Source: Vicugna vicugna (lineage: Eukaryota). From it: a DNA stretch of 64,000 nucleotides. The position numbers were made by a program, and so were the translations under genes. Under the pieces are notes generated by a model. That model was given only the letters and a program-made list of their open reading frames with translations, was not told the DNA's origin and ran no database searches. The DNA lies in assembly GCA_013265495.1 (NCBI GenBank), contig MU061326.1, forward strand, positions 2,420,001 through 2,484,000, written 5' to 3'. Shown here piece after piece: positions 11,901 to 24,334 of the stretch. Each line of letters opens with the position of its first letter. Position 1 is the stretch's first letter.

Positions 11901-13619
11901 TGGTGGATTATACTGAGTCATTTTTGGAGTAATTTCTAAATAATTGCTCATTTAAAAGTCAAACTCATATTTTTCAATCACTGTACCTTGGATTTTTGTA
12001 TTTATTTTGCAGGCACTAAAAGCATATTTACTCCACGTCTTAGGCCTGTTGGTACCACACCCTCCAGGGAGACAAGCCTCAATGCTCAGTGGAGCTCAGT
12101 GCTCCCAGGGGCTGGTGAAGAGCCCTGCTGCCCTTCCCCCACCCTTTCACCTTTAAAGATGTTGGGTGAAGTGACCTCGGGGGCTCTGGCTTCCATCCCC
12201 ACCAGAGCCCTTAAGCCCTTTTCAATGATATAGGTCACAATATCACAGACTCCTGAGATCTGAAGCTCTCTCCTGATTGGACTGTATCATTTTCAGCGTT
12301 ATCAGGAAGAAAAGGTCTAATTAGATGGCAGAGCCCGCTGAGAAGCTCCTGCTTATCAGCTGTTAAATTCTGCACAGGCTGTGTCAGAGCCACAAAAGTG
12401 GAGCTGACGTCCCCAGTGGGGTCCCTGAACAGCACGAACAGCATGCCAGTCCCTAGATGGGCCAAGGTCAGTTGGAGTGGGCTTCCATAGGAGATGCTTG
12501 GGTCAGGCGAGTTTGTAGATTATGACTGTGAGTGTGCATGGGAGTGTGATTAAATAAACACTCACATGCACACATCCAGACAAACTGGAGAGGGATTGAG
12601 GAATAAACAGAGAAAAATGATGCATGAAAAGGAAGAACTCAGTCTCGTAGTAATTGGGTTGCAACCCATGAACCCAGGTGCTTATTTTAAATATCTACAT
12701 CTCTTGCCTTTTTGGAATGGTGATCAATGGGGCTCAGCCTTCATAAGCAGGGGTCACCTAGGAGCCCAGGAACCAGGCATTGTTGTCCCTTGCCATCCAT
12801 GGCTTCAAGGTCATGCACTCACATACAGAAGCTTGGCTAAGACGATGCCTGACATTGGGAAGAGACATGGCAGTGTAGACACACATTCCAGTTGGTAACT
12901 TACACCTTACTAGCATGCTCTCCTGGGTGAACATTTAGTCTGTCAGTCCAGAAGCTTCCTTGTCTACTTTAAATAGGATGATAACACTCACATCTAAATC
13001 CTATGATGATGAATTTAGCTCAATAAAGTGCCGATCACATATTTAATATGAATTGATTCGTCCTTAATAAATATTAGTTTCCTTAATATTCTTAGCCCTT
13101 TTTCAAGACTGGGTCTTCTGGTTTGTTTAGATCTTAACTTGAAAGTGGCTCTGGCAACTGGCGAGGGGAGGAGGACTTTAGGAATCTTTGGACCTTGGCA
13201 ATTGGCTCTCTCTGAAAGAGATGAGTTGAACCCTGGGGTGGCATTTGAAACTGCTGCTAGTGGTCAGGGTTTTGGTTTTGCATAAATCTAGGTTTGGCGA
13301 CCGCTCCTCAATACAACCCTTCACAATCTCTTTAAACAGATAAATAAAAGTCCCTTCTTGAGAGCCCTAGAAAATTGCGGGCTCCCTTGGGGATTAACAG
13401 GAAAAATTTGTTGCTAGATTTCTGGTGAACACTTCCCCTCCAGAAACCTTCTCCCAAAACTTTATGAGGTGCACCAGTCAAAGAAGAAATCCAAGAGCCT
13501 TTGAAGTCTTAACTGGGCACTTCTTCCTGAAACCCTGAGCTCCCAAGGGCTTTCTCATGTCCTCAGGCTCAGGGCACAGCAGAGTGGCAGGCTCACCATG
13601 GCAATAAAGTGTGATGAAG

Positions 13620-13800
13620 GAATGAAGGAATCAGGTACAGAGGGAAAAAGAGAGGGTTCAATGGAGGTTAGGGAGAAAGAAGAAGAGGAGGAGGAGGGAA
13701 GTGGGGGAGGGGAAGGAAGGAGGGAAGGAAGAAAGGAAGCCAGGAAGGGTGGAGAAGAAAGAAGGAAAGAAGGGCGGGAGAACTAGAGATGAGGGGAGGA
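13620..13800. repeat. Polypurine (GA-rich) low-complexity tract
   Basis: gaagaagaggaggaggagggaagtgggggaggggaaggaaggagggaagg... Confidence 0.9.
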
Positions 13801-13925
13801 TCTTCTTTTCCAAAAATAAGTGCATAACCTCAAGAACAGGTTTATACTGACATGAAGCTGGAGTGGCAGCAAAACTAACTAAATTCTATAGTAAAACCTC
13901 TTGAACGTCCCTTAAAAACAATATT

Positions 13926-14040
13926 GGAGGGTGGGGTATAGCTCAGTGGTACAGGGTATGTTTAGCATGCATGAGGTCGTGGGTTCAGTCCCCACTACCT
14001 CCACTAACAATGAATTTGATAAATGAATAAATAAATAAAA
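13926..14040 (+). mobile_element. tRNA-Ala-derived SINE (Vic-1 type), diverged, short tail
   Basis: gtatagctcagtggtacaggg...ttagcatgcatgaggtcgtgggttcagtcccc with (AAAT)n tail. Confidence 0.9.
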
Positions 14041-14647
14041 TTTTAAAAAGCATCACTTACCCCAGGGCCTGAGTTTCTCAGTTTCAGAAGAAGAGGGATG
14101 TGAGGAAAGGGAAAAGTGTCACAATAAACATAGGAGGAAAGAGATGTCCCGTATCCGTAACTTGAACTCAGCAGGTTCAAGACCAGATTCTCTTCCTGCT
14201 CAAATCCATCATTCTTATTCTCAGCAATTGATCATTTCAATCCATCCATCACTCTTCTCTGATTAGGTTCTTTATTGTGTCTGTTTTTCTTTAATGTCTT
14301 TGCTGGGTCCTCCTGTAATTTGAAGAACTTACACATCTTCCCTGCCCTCTCAGTGCCATGCAGAAGAAGAGGATGTGAGAAAGGGAAGGCATGGAGCAGG
14401 TGGAAGGAGGAGAAAATGAGGAAAGAATGGGTGGAAGGTCTTCTCTCAAGAATGCCGTCTAGAAGAGAAGGCGTCTTCTGCCTGGGCAGGCCCCACTAAG
14501 CATAATCACAGTGGTATCCTCTGAGGGGGTCATTAACTGTTGGACCTTTCAGCCAGAACCTCTCTCCAAAGATACTGGAGAGCCCTACGGAATGATCTAG
14601 GATAGTTTTGGACTCATAGCAGTGCTCGGTAAGTAATGACTACTTTT

Positions 14648-15194
14648 GCACTATTTACAATCGCCAAGACAGAAACACAACTTGTCCATGGACAGATGAA
14701 TGGATAAAGAAGAAGTGGTACATATATTCAGTGGAATATTACTCAGCCATAAAAAAGAATGAAATACTGCCAACATGGATGGGCCTAGAGATACTAAGTA
14801 AGTCAGCTAGAGAAAGACAAATATTGTTTCATTTCTATGTGGAATCTTTAAAAAAAATAATACAAGTGAACTTATTTGCAAAACAGGAACAGACTCACAG
14901 ACATAGAAAACAAACTCATGATGACCAAAGGGAAAAGTGGGGGAAGGATAAATGAGGGGTATAGGATTAACAGATGCACACTACTGTACATAAAATAGCT
15001 AAACAACAAGGACCGACTGTCTAACCCAGGAAACTATATTCAATACCATGTAATAACCTCTAATGGAAAAGAATCTGAAAAAAAAATACATATATATATG
15101 TCTGCGTGTATGTATGTATATGTATAACTGAATCACTTTGTTGTACATTTGAAACTAACACATTATTGGAATCAACGATACGTCAATTTAAAAA
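14648..15194 (+). mobile_element. 5'-truncated L1 (ORF2 end + 3' UTR), artiodactyl type
   Basis: gcactatttacaatcgccaagac...gaatattactcagccataaaaaagaatgaaat (ORF 14731 MEYYSAIKKNEI is the L1 ORF2-end signature); ends ctgaatcactttgttgtaca...caatttaaaaa. Confidence 0.92.
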
Positions 15195-16479
15195 CAGTAG
15201 TAAATGTGGGACACAAATCTATCAATTAAAAAAAAAAGTAACTGCTTTTGAAAGCGTGTTCTTCCATCCTGCCTCGCTCCACGACTCCAGGTCAGAAGCA
15301 CAGGAGAGCTGCTAAGTCTGTGGTTAGTTAATCTCTAAAACTGGTCTTTGCGGTTACAATCTCTGGCAAATTACTTACTCCCTTGAAATCTCATGTCTTC
15401 AGCTATAAAGTGGGGCCGCTCATCGCACTCCCCTCAGTGGAGCTGGCCTTGAGGGTTGCACGAAGCCAGACAAGCAAGAGAAGCCAGGTCCACTGGGTAA
15501 TCACCATTACTCCCCATCTTCTTAAAGCCATGCCATGCTCTCCCTCCCAGAAAACCACCACTGCCCCACAGCCCGCTTCCTGGGCATCACAGTTTGCCCC
15601 GAAGTTACTCTTCCATTGACCTTTTCCTGTGTTCCTGGAATGAGTCACAATCTCTCTTAGGGCCCTACTCATACCTCTTGGTGAGCCCAGGATAGGTTTC
15701 TCACCAAAGCTTTTGAAGTTGACTTAAAGTTGCTCGTGCCCCAGAAATGAAACCTCCAGGTGGCCCCTGCCCTCCTTCTCACATCTGGGCTCTGGTACCA
15801 CGTGCATCCTCTCACACGGATGTCGCTTTAACCAAAACCAAGCTTTTTCCTCTGAGGATTTTTGTGACAATCTTGGCTTCCACTCTCAAGCTTTTTTTTT
15901 TTTTCAATTATTGTCAAGAGTGTGCAGGAGAGAGTGGGCCACCCTGCTCTTTCCAGTGTATTGTTTTTGCTATGGCATGATTCGAGGGTGGACCGAAAGG
16001 AAAATTATTCCTTTTCTCCCTAAAGCCTCTGAAACAGTAATGTAAACAAGAAGTTTCATTTATGTATGAAAATAACGTCAAAAGAACAAAGGACAGTAGA
16101 GAAAAGCTGAGAACATTCCAAACAATTTGTATACAGGAAATGAGACACAACTATTATTTATCCTCTACCAAAAAATTAACCTTACACCTGTTTTTTGGCA
16201 GCAATAGATAATTATGTTTTCTTGTAAGTTTGCTTTAGTTAATTTTTACTTTTCCTATTTGTGATTTCTGACCCTTCATGGCTTACTGTAGGCCTCTCTT
16301 TACCTGCCACACATCCATAAGCAGCAGGGACCAGAGTATTTGGCTCGAAACTTCCCTTAGCATCTTGGAAACTTCTAGACTAAATTTTGTTAAAACATCT
16401 TGAAGAGAAAACAGCTGACTCTAATATCATGTCTTGGTGGGCTGACATTGCAATGCATTATTTAGAGCAAGAAAACTTG

Positions 16480-16680
16480 AGGCCAAACCCCAGATTTTCA
16501 CTCCCCAGCTAGGGACCCTGGGAAGGATGCTTACTTCTCTGAATTTTGGTTTCCGCATCAAAACAAGGACTGTAATATTATCTACCTTGAAGAGCCTTGT
16601 GGAAATTAAATAACATAATGTATATAAAGCATTTATCTTAGATCTTATCACATAACAAGCATAAAATTGCCTCTGGCTAT
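16480..16680 (+). mobile_element. MIR SINE
   Basis: ttacttctctgaattttggtttccgcatcaaaacaagg...taatattatctacct...ttgtggaaattaaataacataatgtatataaagca. Confidence 0.65.
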
Positions 16681-19600
16681 TATTTTTAAGTCTGAGCAAT
16701 TTAATTTTACCCAGGAGACTGGGAGCCTTGGTAAATAAGGATAAGATAATAGGCATCATTTATCTTAAGTTTGATGAGTATCTTTTTGAATGATAGCTCA
16801 TCACCAGCTCCAGCGGGTGTACTGTTTGTCTTTGACACTGGAGTGCATGTTCCGCAGAGGAGAAGGAGACTCTCTTTACCTTTATTTGCACATGTGTGTC
16901 CAGGAAACCCTGGGCTCTGCTAACACGGATGTGCCCAATGGCTCTTTCCAATTGGAGCATTCTGTCGTCTTCCTCCCTTAGTCCTGGGGCACCTGTCTTG
17001 GGGGCGGTTGGTTCTCTCACGCCTGCATGCTCCTCTAATCTGTGTCTCAAACATCGCTGGGGTGATGGTGCTACCCCACACCCTGTCCCAGAACATGGCC
17101 TGGTTACCTAGAGGAGGTGGGGCTGACTGGTGTGGGCCAGGACACACTCTCTGAGTTAGATCGGAACGGATCTGAATGAAGACGCAGCACAGACGCTGGA
17201 GGAAGTCCCCCATAGCAAGCAGAACAGAGTAGCTAAGGGCCGTGGCCAGAGCAGGCAGGCAGAGAGCAGAGTTACCAAGCCTCCTGGAGGAAACGGGTGT
17301 CCTTGCGAGTAAGGAGGACCCAGGATCAGGAGTCCAGGAGTAGGTGGTACCCTGAAAGATGGGCAGCCTTAAGAAGTTCTGTGATGGAGAGGACGGCCCA
17401 AAGCATGGCCATGGGGACTCAGAGGCAGACCTCCACTCCGGCAAGGACTCGTGTTTCCCACTCTGGAAGGACTAAGATAACCATCAAGACCCCAGACAGA
17501 GATGGCCGTGACACCGAGCATAAGGAGGATGTTTACTGCCAGGACCGGGAAAATATGTGGTGACCATACCTCAAGATGAAGGCAAAAGGCCAGAAATCAA
17601 TATGGAGATTGAATATCTGCGGTTGGCCAAGTTTTTCTGAATCCATTTCACTGAGGTCAAGGTTTTGTCTTAGCAAAGATTACAAAGGTTTTGTCTTAAG
17701 ATATGGTTGAGGTCCATCTTCCAGGTTGAAGTTCCTGGTTAGGCAGAGAGAAAGATGGCAGACTGGGAGAAAAGCCAGCTCTGGTGGATAGAAAAGGAAT
17801 CTTTGGGCAGCCAACCATGCTATGGTGGTGAGTGACTAATTCAACTAACAAAGTACAATTAGTATCAAGATAATTATTAAAAATGAATGATTCTGTGTGT
17901 TCTGTCTCTCTGAATATATGAAGATGTGCATTAGGGTATTTAGCATCTAAATTCTCTCCCTTCCATCTGGCAACATGGAGGGCAATTAAGCCAAAGAGTC
18001 GGTTTCAGTTGGGAATTGTATCCCGTCTACTCCCTCTCCTGAAACATTATTTTCTCAGATTATGGACCAATGGCAAGGTCAAAGGCAGAAACACCTGTCC
18101 ATGCTGTCACGCTGTTAGAAATCACCTTCTTTGATGACTATCTATTGGAAATTATGCCTTGAGAGGAATCCCTTCCCCTCGAGAGAGAGAGAGAGAGAGG
18201 ACCCAGTTTCTTGGCATACTCCAACTACCCAAAGGAGTCCCTGGCCTCGGAGAGCCCACAAGACACACAGAAACGCCAAACCTTTTCTACAAGGAACAGA
18301 AGCTCCCTGTTGAAGGCATTTCTGCCTGCCTGGCATTGTCTCATGGGCTTCTTTCCTCTTCTTCTTCTGTTTTACTATTTTTTTTTTGCCACATTCTGAA
18401 ATTTAACCCATTTCACTTGTGGAATGTTTCACAGAAGTAGACAAGACCATAGATGAAACCACTGGCAGTGATAATTAAATCCTTCCTTATGGGATGCTGC
18501 TGTCTCTCACATCTGGCTGACCACAAGACCTCTTTGACGAATGGGTAGAGAAAAGCTCTTCTGGGGGAGTGGCTGGCTGAGTGAAGCCTCCCACCAGGGA
18601 TGGAGCAACTATGCGCTCATCTTTGGGGAGATCTGATGTTCCCCTCTGAGGTCAGGAAGGCAGGATGAGACCTTTGGGGACTAACTACCTCCGTCACCTC
18701 TGGTTCATTGGAGGTGACTTCCATTTCAGACCAGACCCAGAAGGCGGAGCCGAGTGCTTGTTGGCATCTTATGTTGCTCTCTTTCAGAAAAAGCAAACAC
18801 AATACAGAGAAAGAAGGAGAGAAGAAGCAATAGCAGAAGAAACCAGGAGCTGATGGGAAATGAGGTTAAGATCATGCGTGAACTGAGTAAGACGTGAGCA
18901 GTTACCAAGTTGTGATCAGCAACATGTTTTCAAAAAGTTCCAGCAACACTGTATGTGAAAGAAGGCGACGAATGCTGCTCAGCTAAACGTGCCCACGTGA
19001 GCTATAATCGGGCAATAAACGGAGTCACACAACACGCTGTTATGCTCAGTTTATAAGGCACAGCCTCCACAAAAAAACAGCACAAATCACTGTGATTTCT
19101 ATTCTACCAGACCCTTGGGTGGGTAAGTTATGAGAAGAGCTTAATATATATATATATAGCACGATGAAGTAAAGCATTGAAAAAGGCTGATTGAATTTTC
19201 CTCAGCACTCCTAGGATGGGGGTAATTCTTTCCTTGAGGAGAAAATGAATGGGTAGGTTCTGGTGCTTTGGCCTGGAGCTGGAATAGAGGACATTCTTTG
19301 GGGATTTTACCAACCCTTCGGTCCCTGGTCCTACTGCATCTGCCTTCTGCCGTCAGTCCCAAACCACAAGCTTTTAATTTTCCCTGGAGATTAAACCAAT
19401 ATTTACTAGTAAGCCTGCATTTATCCTCAAAACCCTTTACTGGAAACTATTGGTTTCAAGTAAATGTTAGATCTTGTTTAAGAACAGTTGCCCCTCCTTG
19501 GTGAGCCAGGCAACAGGAAAGAACACTGCATTTCTGATGAGAGAATGACAGAGATTTCCTTTCACACCTATCAATGGAGAAGCCCTTTACAGTTTGTCCC

Positions 19601-19811
19601 CCCGTCACTTGTTTTCTAGGATTTCTCATTAGCTGTCCGATCCAGTAAGTTCTAAATGTTGGCAAAGATCACTTTTGCCGGAAGTCTTCGGTTGCGTCAG
19701 ATACAGACGCATGGACTTCAAGAAAAGATTAAAAGGAAACCTCGCTCTGATGCAGATATGCTAATAAAAATGAGATTTAATAGAAAGCATCCTCAGTATC
19801 AAAAACATATC

Positions 19812-19825
19812 GTTTCCAAGGCAAC
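19812..19825. promoter_or_regulatory. RFX X-box motif
   Basis: GTTTCCAAGGCAAC, 12/14 to GTTGCCATGGCAAC. Confidence 0.5.
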
Positions 19826-22203
19826 GGGCTAGAAACCTTGTGCTTGCCTTTCTACCGCTTCTTGTCATCGGAGTAAACAGGGGCTCTGCATCTCTGTAAG
19901 GCCAGCATCCTTCAACTTCCAATAACAGAAATATCGCAGAATATCCTCACAAGTGTGTAATGAGGTTCCGTCTCTTATTTGGTTTGAAATTTTGGTAACC
20001 AATGGAGTCTTCCACTGACAGAATCCAAACAATTTCAAGAGGTATCTGGACATATATTAGCCAAGATCTATGGGGAAAACCACATGCCATGTCTCATCAA
20101 TACAATTTGCTCTAAAGATGTCCAAATGAGCCCATACGAAGTCATTAAATGTCGCCTAGCATGTCCCCGAAGAGATGGGACACACTAGCTAAATTCTAAG
20201 TGAGCAGCGTACATCTGGCCTACCTAAATTATTCTCATCATTGAGGATGATGAGCTTTAGTCTTACCTTTGCTGCCCTGATCCATTGTCAGGCCTGTCTT
20301 TCCCCTAACATAGCTGTGAAACAATCCTTCAGGTCAAGAAAGTGGGGAGAAGGGTCTGTTCTCTTTCCTGATGCCTTGGTCCAGCTCTAACACCAGCTGG
20401 CATTAAGGATACATCATGGGGCACAGAGAAGTCTAGGATGAAGTGTTCCTGGTTGGACGGCTGCTCTACCAACAAAATAGGGTCCACCCCACACTTCACA
20501 AAGGCCTGGCTTAGGGCAATGGAAGAGAAGTTCTGTGGTCCTCCCATGGACTTCACTGTCTGCTATTCTGGAGAAGAAACAGGTGAGCTTAAAATTGCAA
20601 ACTGGGCCAGCAAATGCAGCCCTCAGCCATCACTACGGCACTCCCAGCTGGGGTTAACACTTCTAGTCCGTGAGGAGGGATGAGCAAGAGGAAATTGGTA
20701 AGACCTTGTCCTTTGACCATGGGGACCCATCCCCTAAGGGCGTAAAGGGCCTGGGGGACCACGTCGTGAGGGCTGGGAGGGCAGAGCCCGAGTTCTAGTC
20801 TTGACGCTGCACCAACGCCGTGTGTCTTCCCCTTTGAGATTAGGGGTTGGAGGTGTGGCTTTCAGATTACGTGATTGTGTTGTGTGTGTTTGTATTTTAG
20901 GAGTTGGATCTTTTCTTGAAGGAAGGTTTTAGAAGGATCCATGTGATACAAAATAGAGACAATCAATACAACTTTGGATGAAATGAGGAGAAGGACCCAC
21001 ACCCATCCATTCCAATGGTCGCAGTGTTGCCTGGCAACCACTAGAAGAGATTTCACAGAAGCCTCAACCCAGAACCAGCTGATCTTCAAACACCCTTTCT
21101 ACTCTATACTTTGTTCTTCTAGCTTTATTACCCTCCTAATTTCCATGCAATGAATTGCCTCTCCAAACTTACTTCCTCACGAGCAAAATGGGGTCACTCA
21201 TGCCAACAGGAGTAAGTGATAAGAAAAATAAACATGAAGTTAGAAAAATTACCCCAATCCTAAGGCTTCTATTTAATGAGCGTGTGACCTGGAGAAAGTT
21301 GCTTACTGTCTCTCTGCATTTATTTATCCTACAATGTGAACTTGGCGAGGAACTACTGCAAACTAGATAAGATAATGCAGTTATCTCTCACTATCCAAAC
21401 TCTCACTCACTAAACTCAGGCGCAAATAGATTTGGAGAGATATTTGTAACACAAAGATTCTTTGTAAATTTTGAACAGATAGTTTTGTGTTTTAATCTCA
21501 AAGAATTACTATATGGTCTCCGACAATTTTTATAATGGCTTGACGAAAAAAAAATGTGCAAGTGCTGAATAAGCTGAATTCTACCCAAATATTAATTATA
21601 TTTTCCGCCACTATGAAGGAAGTTGATACTAAGTGACAACCTCTGCAGCGCATCAACCTCTAGATTACCCTGTTGTAACTTCTGTTTTAACAGAGGTCAA
21701 CCTCTGTTATAAATCCACACCCGCTTATCAAATGGCCCTGACTCCATGCCTTAGTCTTTCCTGTTTAATGCCCCATCCCGCTAACGATGGCTTTTCACAA
21801 AAACTGGCTTTGTGTTGGGGGAATAATTCATGAAAGCTGATTGTCTGCAATCCAACACTTAATTGATTATCAAGCACAAACAAAAACAAAAATCTGTGAG
21901 CTAACCTAGGGAAACACAGAGAATAAAATATGATTCTTTATAATCCAGAGCTTAAACTGCAGTTGAGAAACAGCATTAATATCTGAGGTACCATCACGAA
22001 AGGCCAGTAGAAGCTGCTGTGAGATGCACTGCTGGACCGCTTTCTTCAAGCTGGCAAATTTGGAGGGCATCCGTCCAATGAGCATAGGTTACCCCTGACC
22101 ACAGGTATGTCTACAGGAGCTGAGAAGTAACCATCTAATTGGTCTGTCATTCATTCAATCACCTGGTTCTTATTGTCTAACAGTGATGCTGTATCTTTCT
22201 GGC

Positions 22204-22670
22204 CGTATTAGCTTCCTAGAGCTGCTGTAACAAAGTACCATGTACTCGGTGGCTTAAAAGCAGCAAAACTTTATTCTCTCACAGTTTTCGAGACCAGAAG
22301 TCCACAAGCAAGGGGTCAGCAGAGCTGCACTCTCTCTGAAGGCTCCGGAGAAGAATCCTTCACTGCCTCTTCCAGCTTCTGGTGGCCCCAGGCTTGGGCT
22401 GCATCACTGTAATTAATCTCTGCCCCTGTCTCCCCATGTCCTTCTTCTCTGGTGTCTCTGGCTCAAATCTCCCTCTGCCTGTCTCTTTTAAGGACGTTCG
22501 TCATTGGACTTTGGGGAACCTTAATTTCTTGATGATCTTTCATGTTGAAATTTTTAACTTGATTACTTCTGCAAGGACTGTGGTTCCAAATCAGGTCACA
22601 GCCACAGGTTCTGAGAGTTAGGACGTGGAATTATTTTTGGGGGAAAGGGCACATCGATCAATCCATTACA
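22204..22670 (-). mobile_element. MLT1B/C-class MaLR solo LTR
   Basis: gtattagcttcctagagctgctgtaacaaagtacca...ggtggcttaaaa...tttattctctcacagtt...agaatccttc...gcctcttccagcttctggtggc; ends caatccattaca. Confidence 0.88.
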
Positions 22671-23177
22671 CTTGTCATGAAAGGAATAAATACAGTTGTG
22701 ATGAGCGCTGAGACGGAGTCCGGGAGATGGGAGCACTTGGAAAGTGACTGACCTGGGGGTGGAGATCTGGGGACACTCGCCTGAGGTCACGTTGGTTAAG
22801 ACCTGAGGGACAGCCAGTTGGGGGGTGTGTGCAGGGGAGGGCATTAAAGAGAATAATGGGCTCAGGTTAGAGCAGGGAGATGGGGAGGGGGAAAGGAATT
22901 TTGAAGAAGCCAGGATGGATGAACAGAGAGCAGAGCAACTCGATTGTAAAATTGTTTTCCTAAGAATAATGTGAGCTCAATAAAACATTTTAATAAGGAA
23001 ATTGAAAAGACTTGATCTATGCTCTATAAGGAACGCTCCTGACTAAGCTGTTTCTGTGTCACGTGCTGTTTCTCATCTCTGCTTTTTTGAGTTGTTCCCC
23101 ATCTCTTCACTGTGGACATTTACTTGTAAAACCTCACTTTATAGTTTACAGATTCTCCTTATCAGATATCAAATCAG

Positions 23178-23301
23178 AGGGGGAGGGTAGAGCTCGATGG
23201 TAGAGTGTGTGCCCAGCATGCATGAGGTCCTGGGTTCAGTCCCCAGTCCCTCCATTAAATAAACAAATAAACACAAATTACCTCCCTCTCAAAAAAAAAA
23301 A
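23178..23301 (+). mobile_element. tRNA-Ala-derived SINE (Vic-1 type), 5' part of a composite insertion
   Basis: ggggagggtagagctcgatggtagag...ggttcagtcccc...aattacctccc plus A run. Confidence 0.92.
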
Positions 23302-23362
23302 GAAATGTCACAAGATGATTCCTGATTAATCCCAGCTTCTTTGCTCTTCACCTTTAAAACAG

Positions 23363-23449
23363 AACTGAATCACTTTGCTGTACACCTGAAACTAACATTG
23401 TAAATCGACTACACTTCAATAAAAAATAAGAAATGAAACATTAAAAAAA
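23363..23449 (+). mobile_element. L1 extreme 3' end with poly(A), 3' part of the composite insertion
   Basis: aactgaatcactttgctgtacacctgaaactaacattgtaaatcgactacacttcaataaaaaa; same terminus type as the L1s at 15127 and 29490. Confidence 0.9.
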
Positions 23450-24323
23450 ATCAAATCAGCATTTACTCACCAAAAAAAGACAAGAATAACATGTGCTTGA
23501 TCTTCAAAAGATATGGGGCTCTGAGTCAAGTAAACTTCAGACTTGGGAGTGATTCCTCACCAGTGAAAACAAATCTATTTCAAATTGTCGTCTCTCTATC
23601 TGTCTAATCATTATCTCACCCTGAAGTGATGACATTTCTGAAAAGTACTGTCACTCTATAATCTTTTGTCAGGGGTCTACAGTAGTTCTTACACGCCAAC
23701 GAATTTTTTTTTAAATGAGAAAACGTGTTTCTCTTCTAAGATTCAGTCGTAAATAATATTCTATCTGCAAAGGCTACCGGAATTAGGAAAAAGTGAGTGT
23801 TGGGGGATTAGGGAGGGTTACAAGGCTAAATTTTCAGGAAGTATTACTTTATCTCTGGAAGGAGGTTTGGTTACTTACTAATCATTGTCACCATGCTTTA
23901 AAATCATCCATCTTGCTATTTGGTAGTGCTTGGTGCTGTGTTTAATTTAAAGAGGACCCCGTTAAGGATCTGGGTGGTAGTGACTCTGTCCAGATCACCA
24001 AGACTTATAATTTTGTAAATGCCTGAAGCCACTGCTATATAAAAATAAATGTCTCGTATTTACATTCATATTTTGATGGGCTTTATAACATTAGTAATGC
24101 AGTTTCTTGGTTTCCATAATCTAAGGCGGACAGGGGTAAAATGACCTAGGACAGCTTTTAAACCAAATTGTTTGGATTGCCGGATCATTACCAAAAACAC
24201 AGGAAGATTTGAAAATTATATAGGGCCTTGCAAAGCTGTGGAGAAGAAGCCGGGCATTCGCCTGCCCTGCACAGTCAGGGAGCATTACTGATACATAAAC
24301 CAGGCGGAGGGCAGCTTCAGGCT

Positions 24324-24334
24324 GGGAATTTCCC
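24324..24334. promoter_or_regulatory. Canonical NF-kB site
   Basis: GGGAATTTCC(C), a perfect GGGRNWYYCC match in non-repetitive DNA. Confidence 0.45.

Noticed and set aside
16920..17444. Longest ORF (174 aa, minus strand)
   Set aside because: No recognisable domain; GC-rich sequence that may be an old LTR; length is attainable by chance.
17659..17699. 14-bp direct repeat aaggttttgtctta
   Set aside because: Trivial local duplication with no enclosed element.
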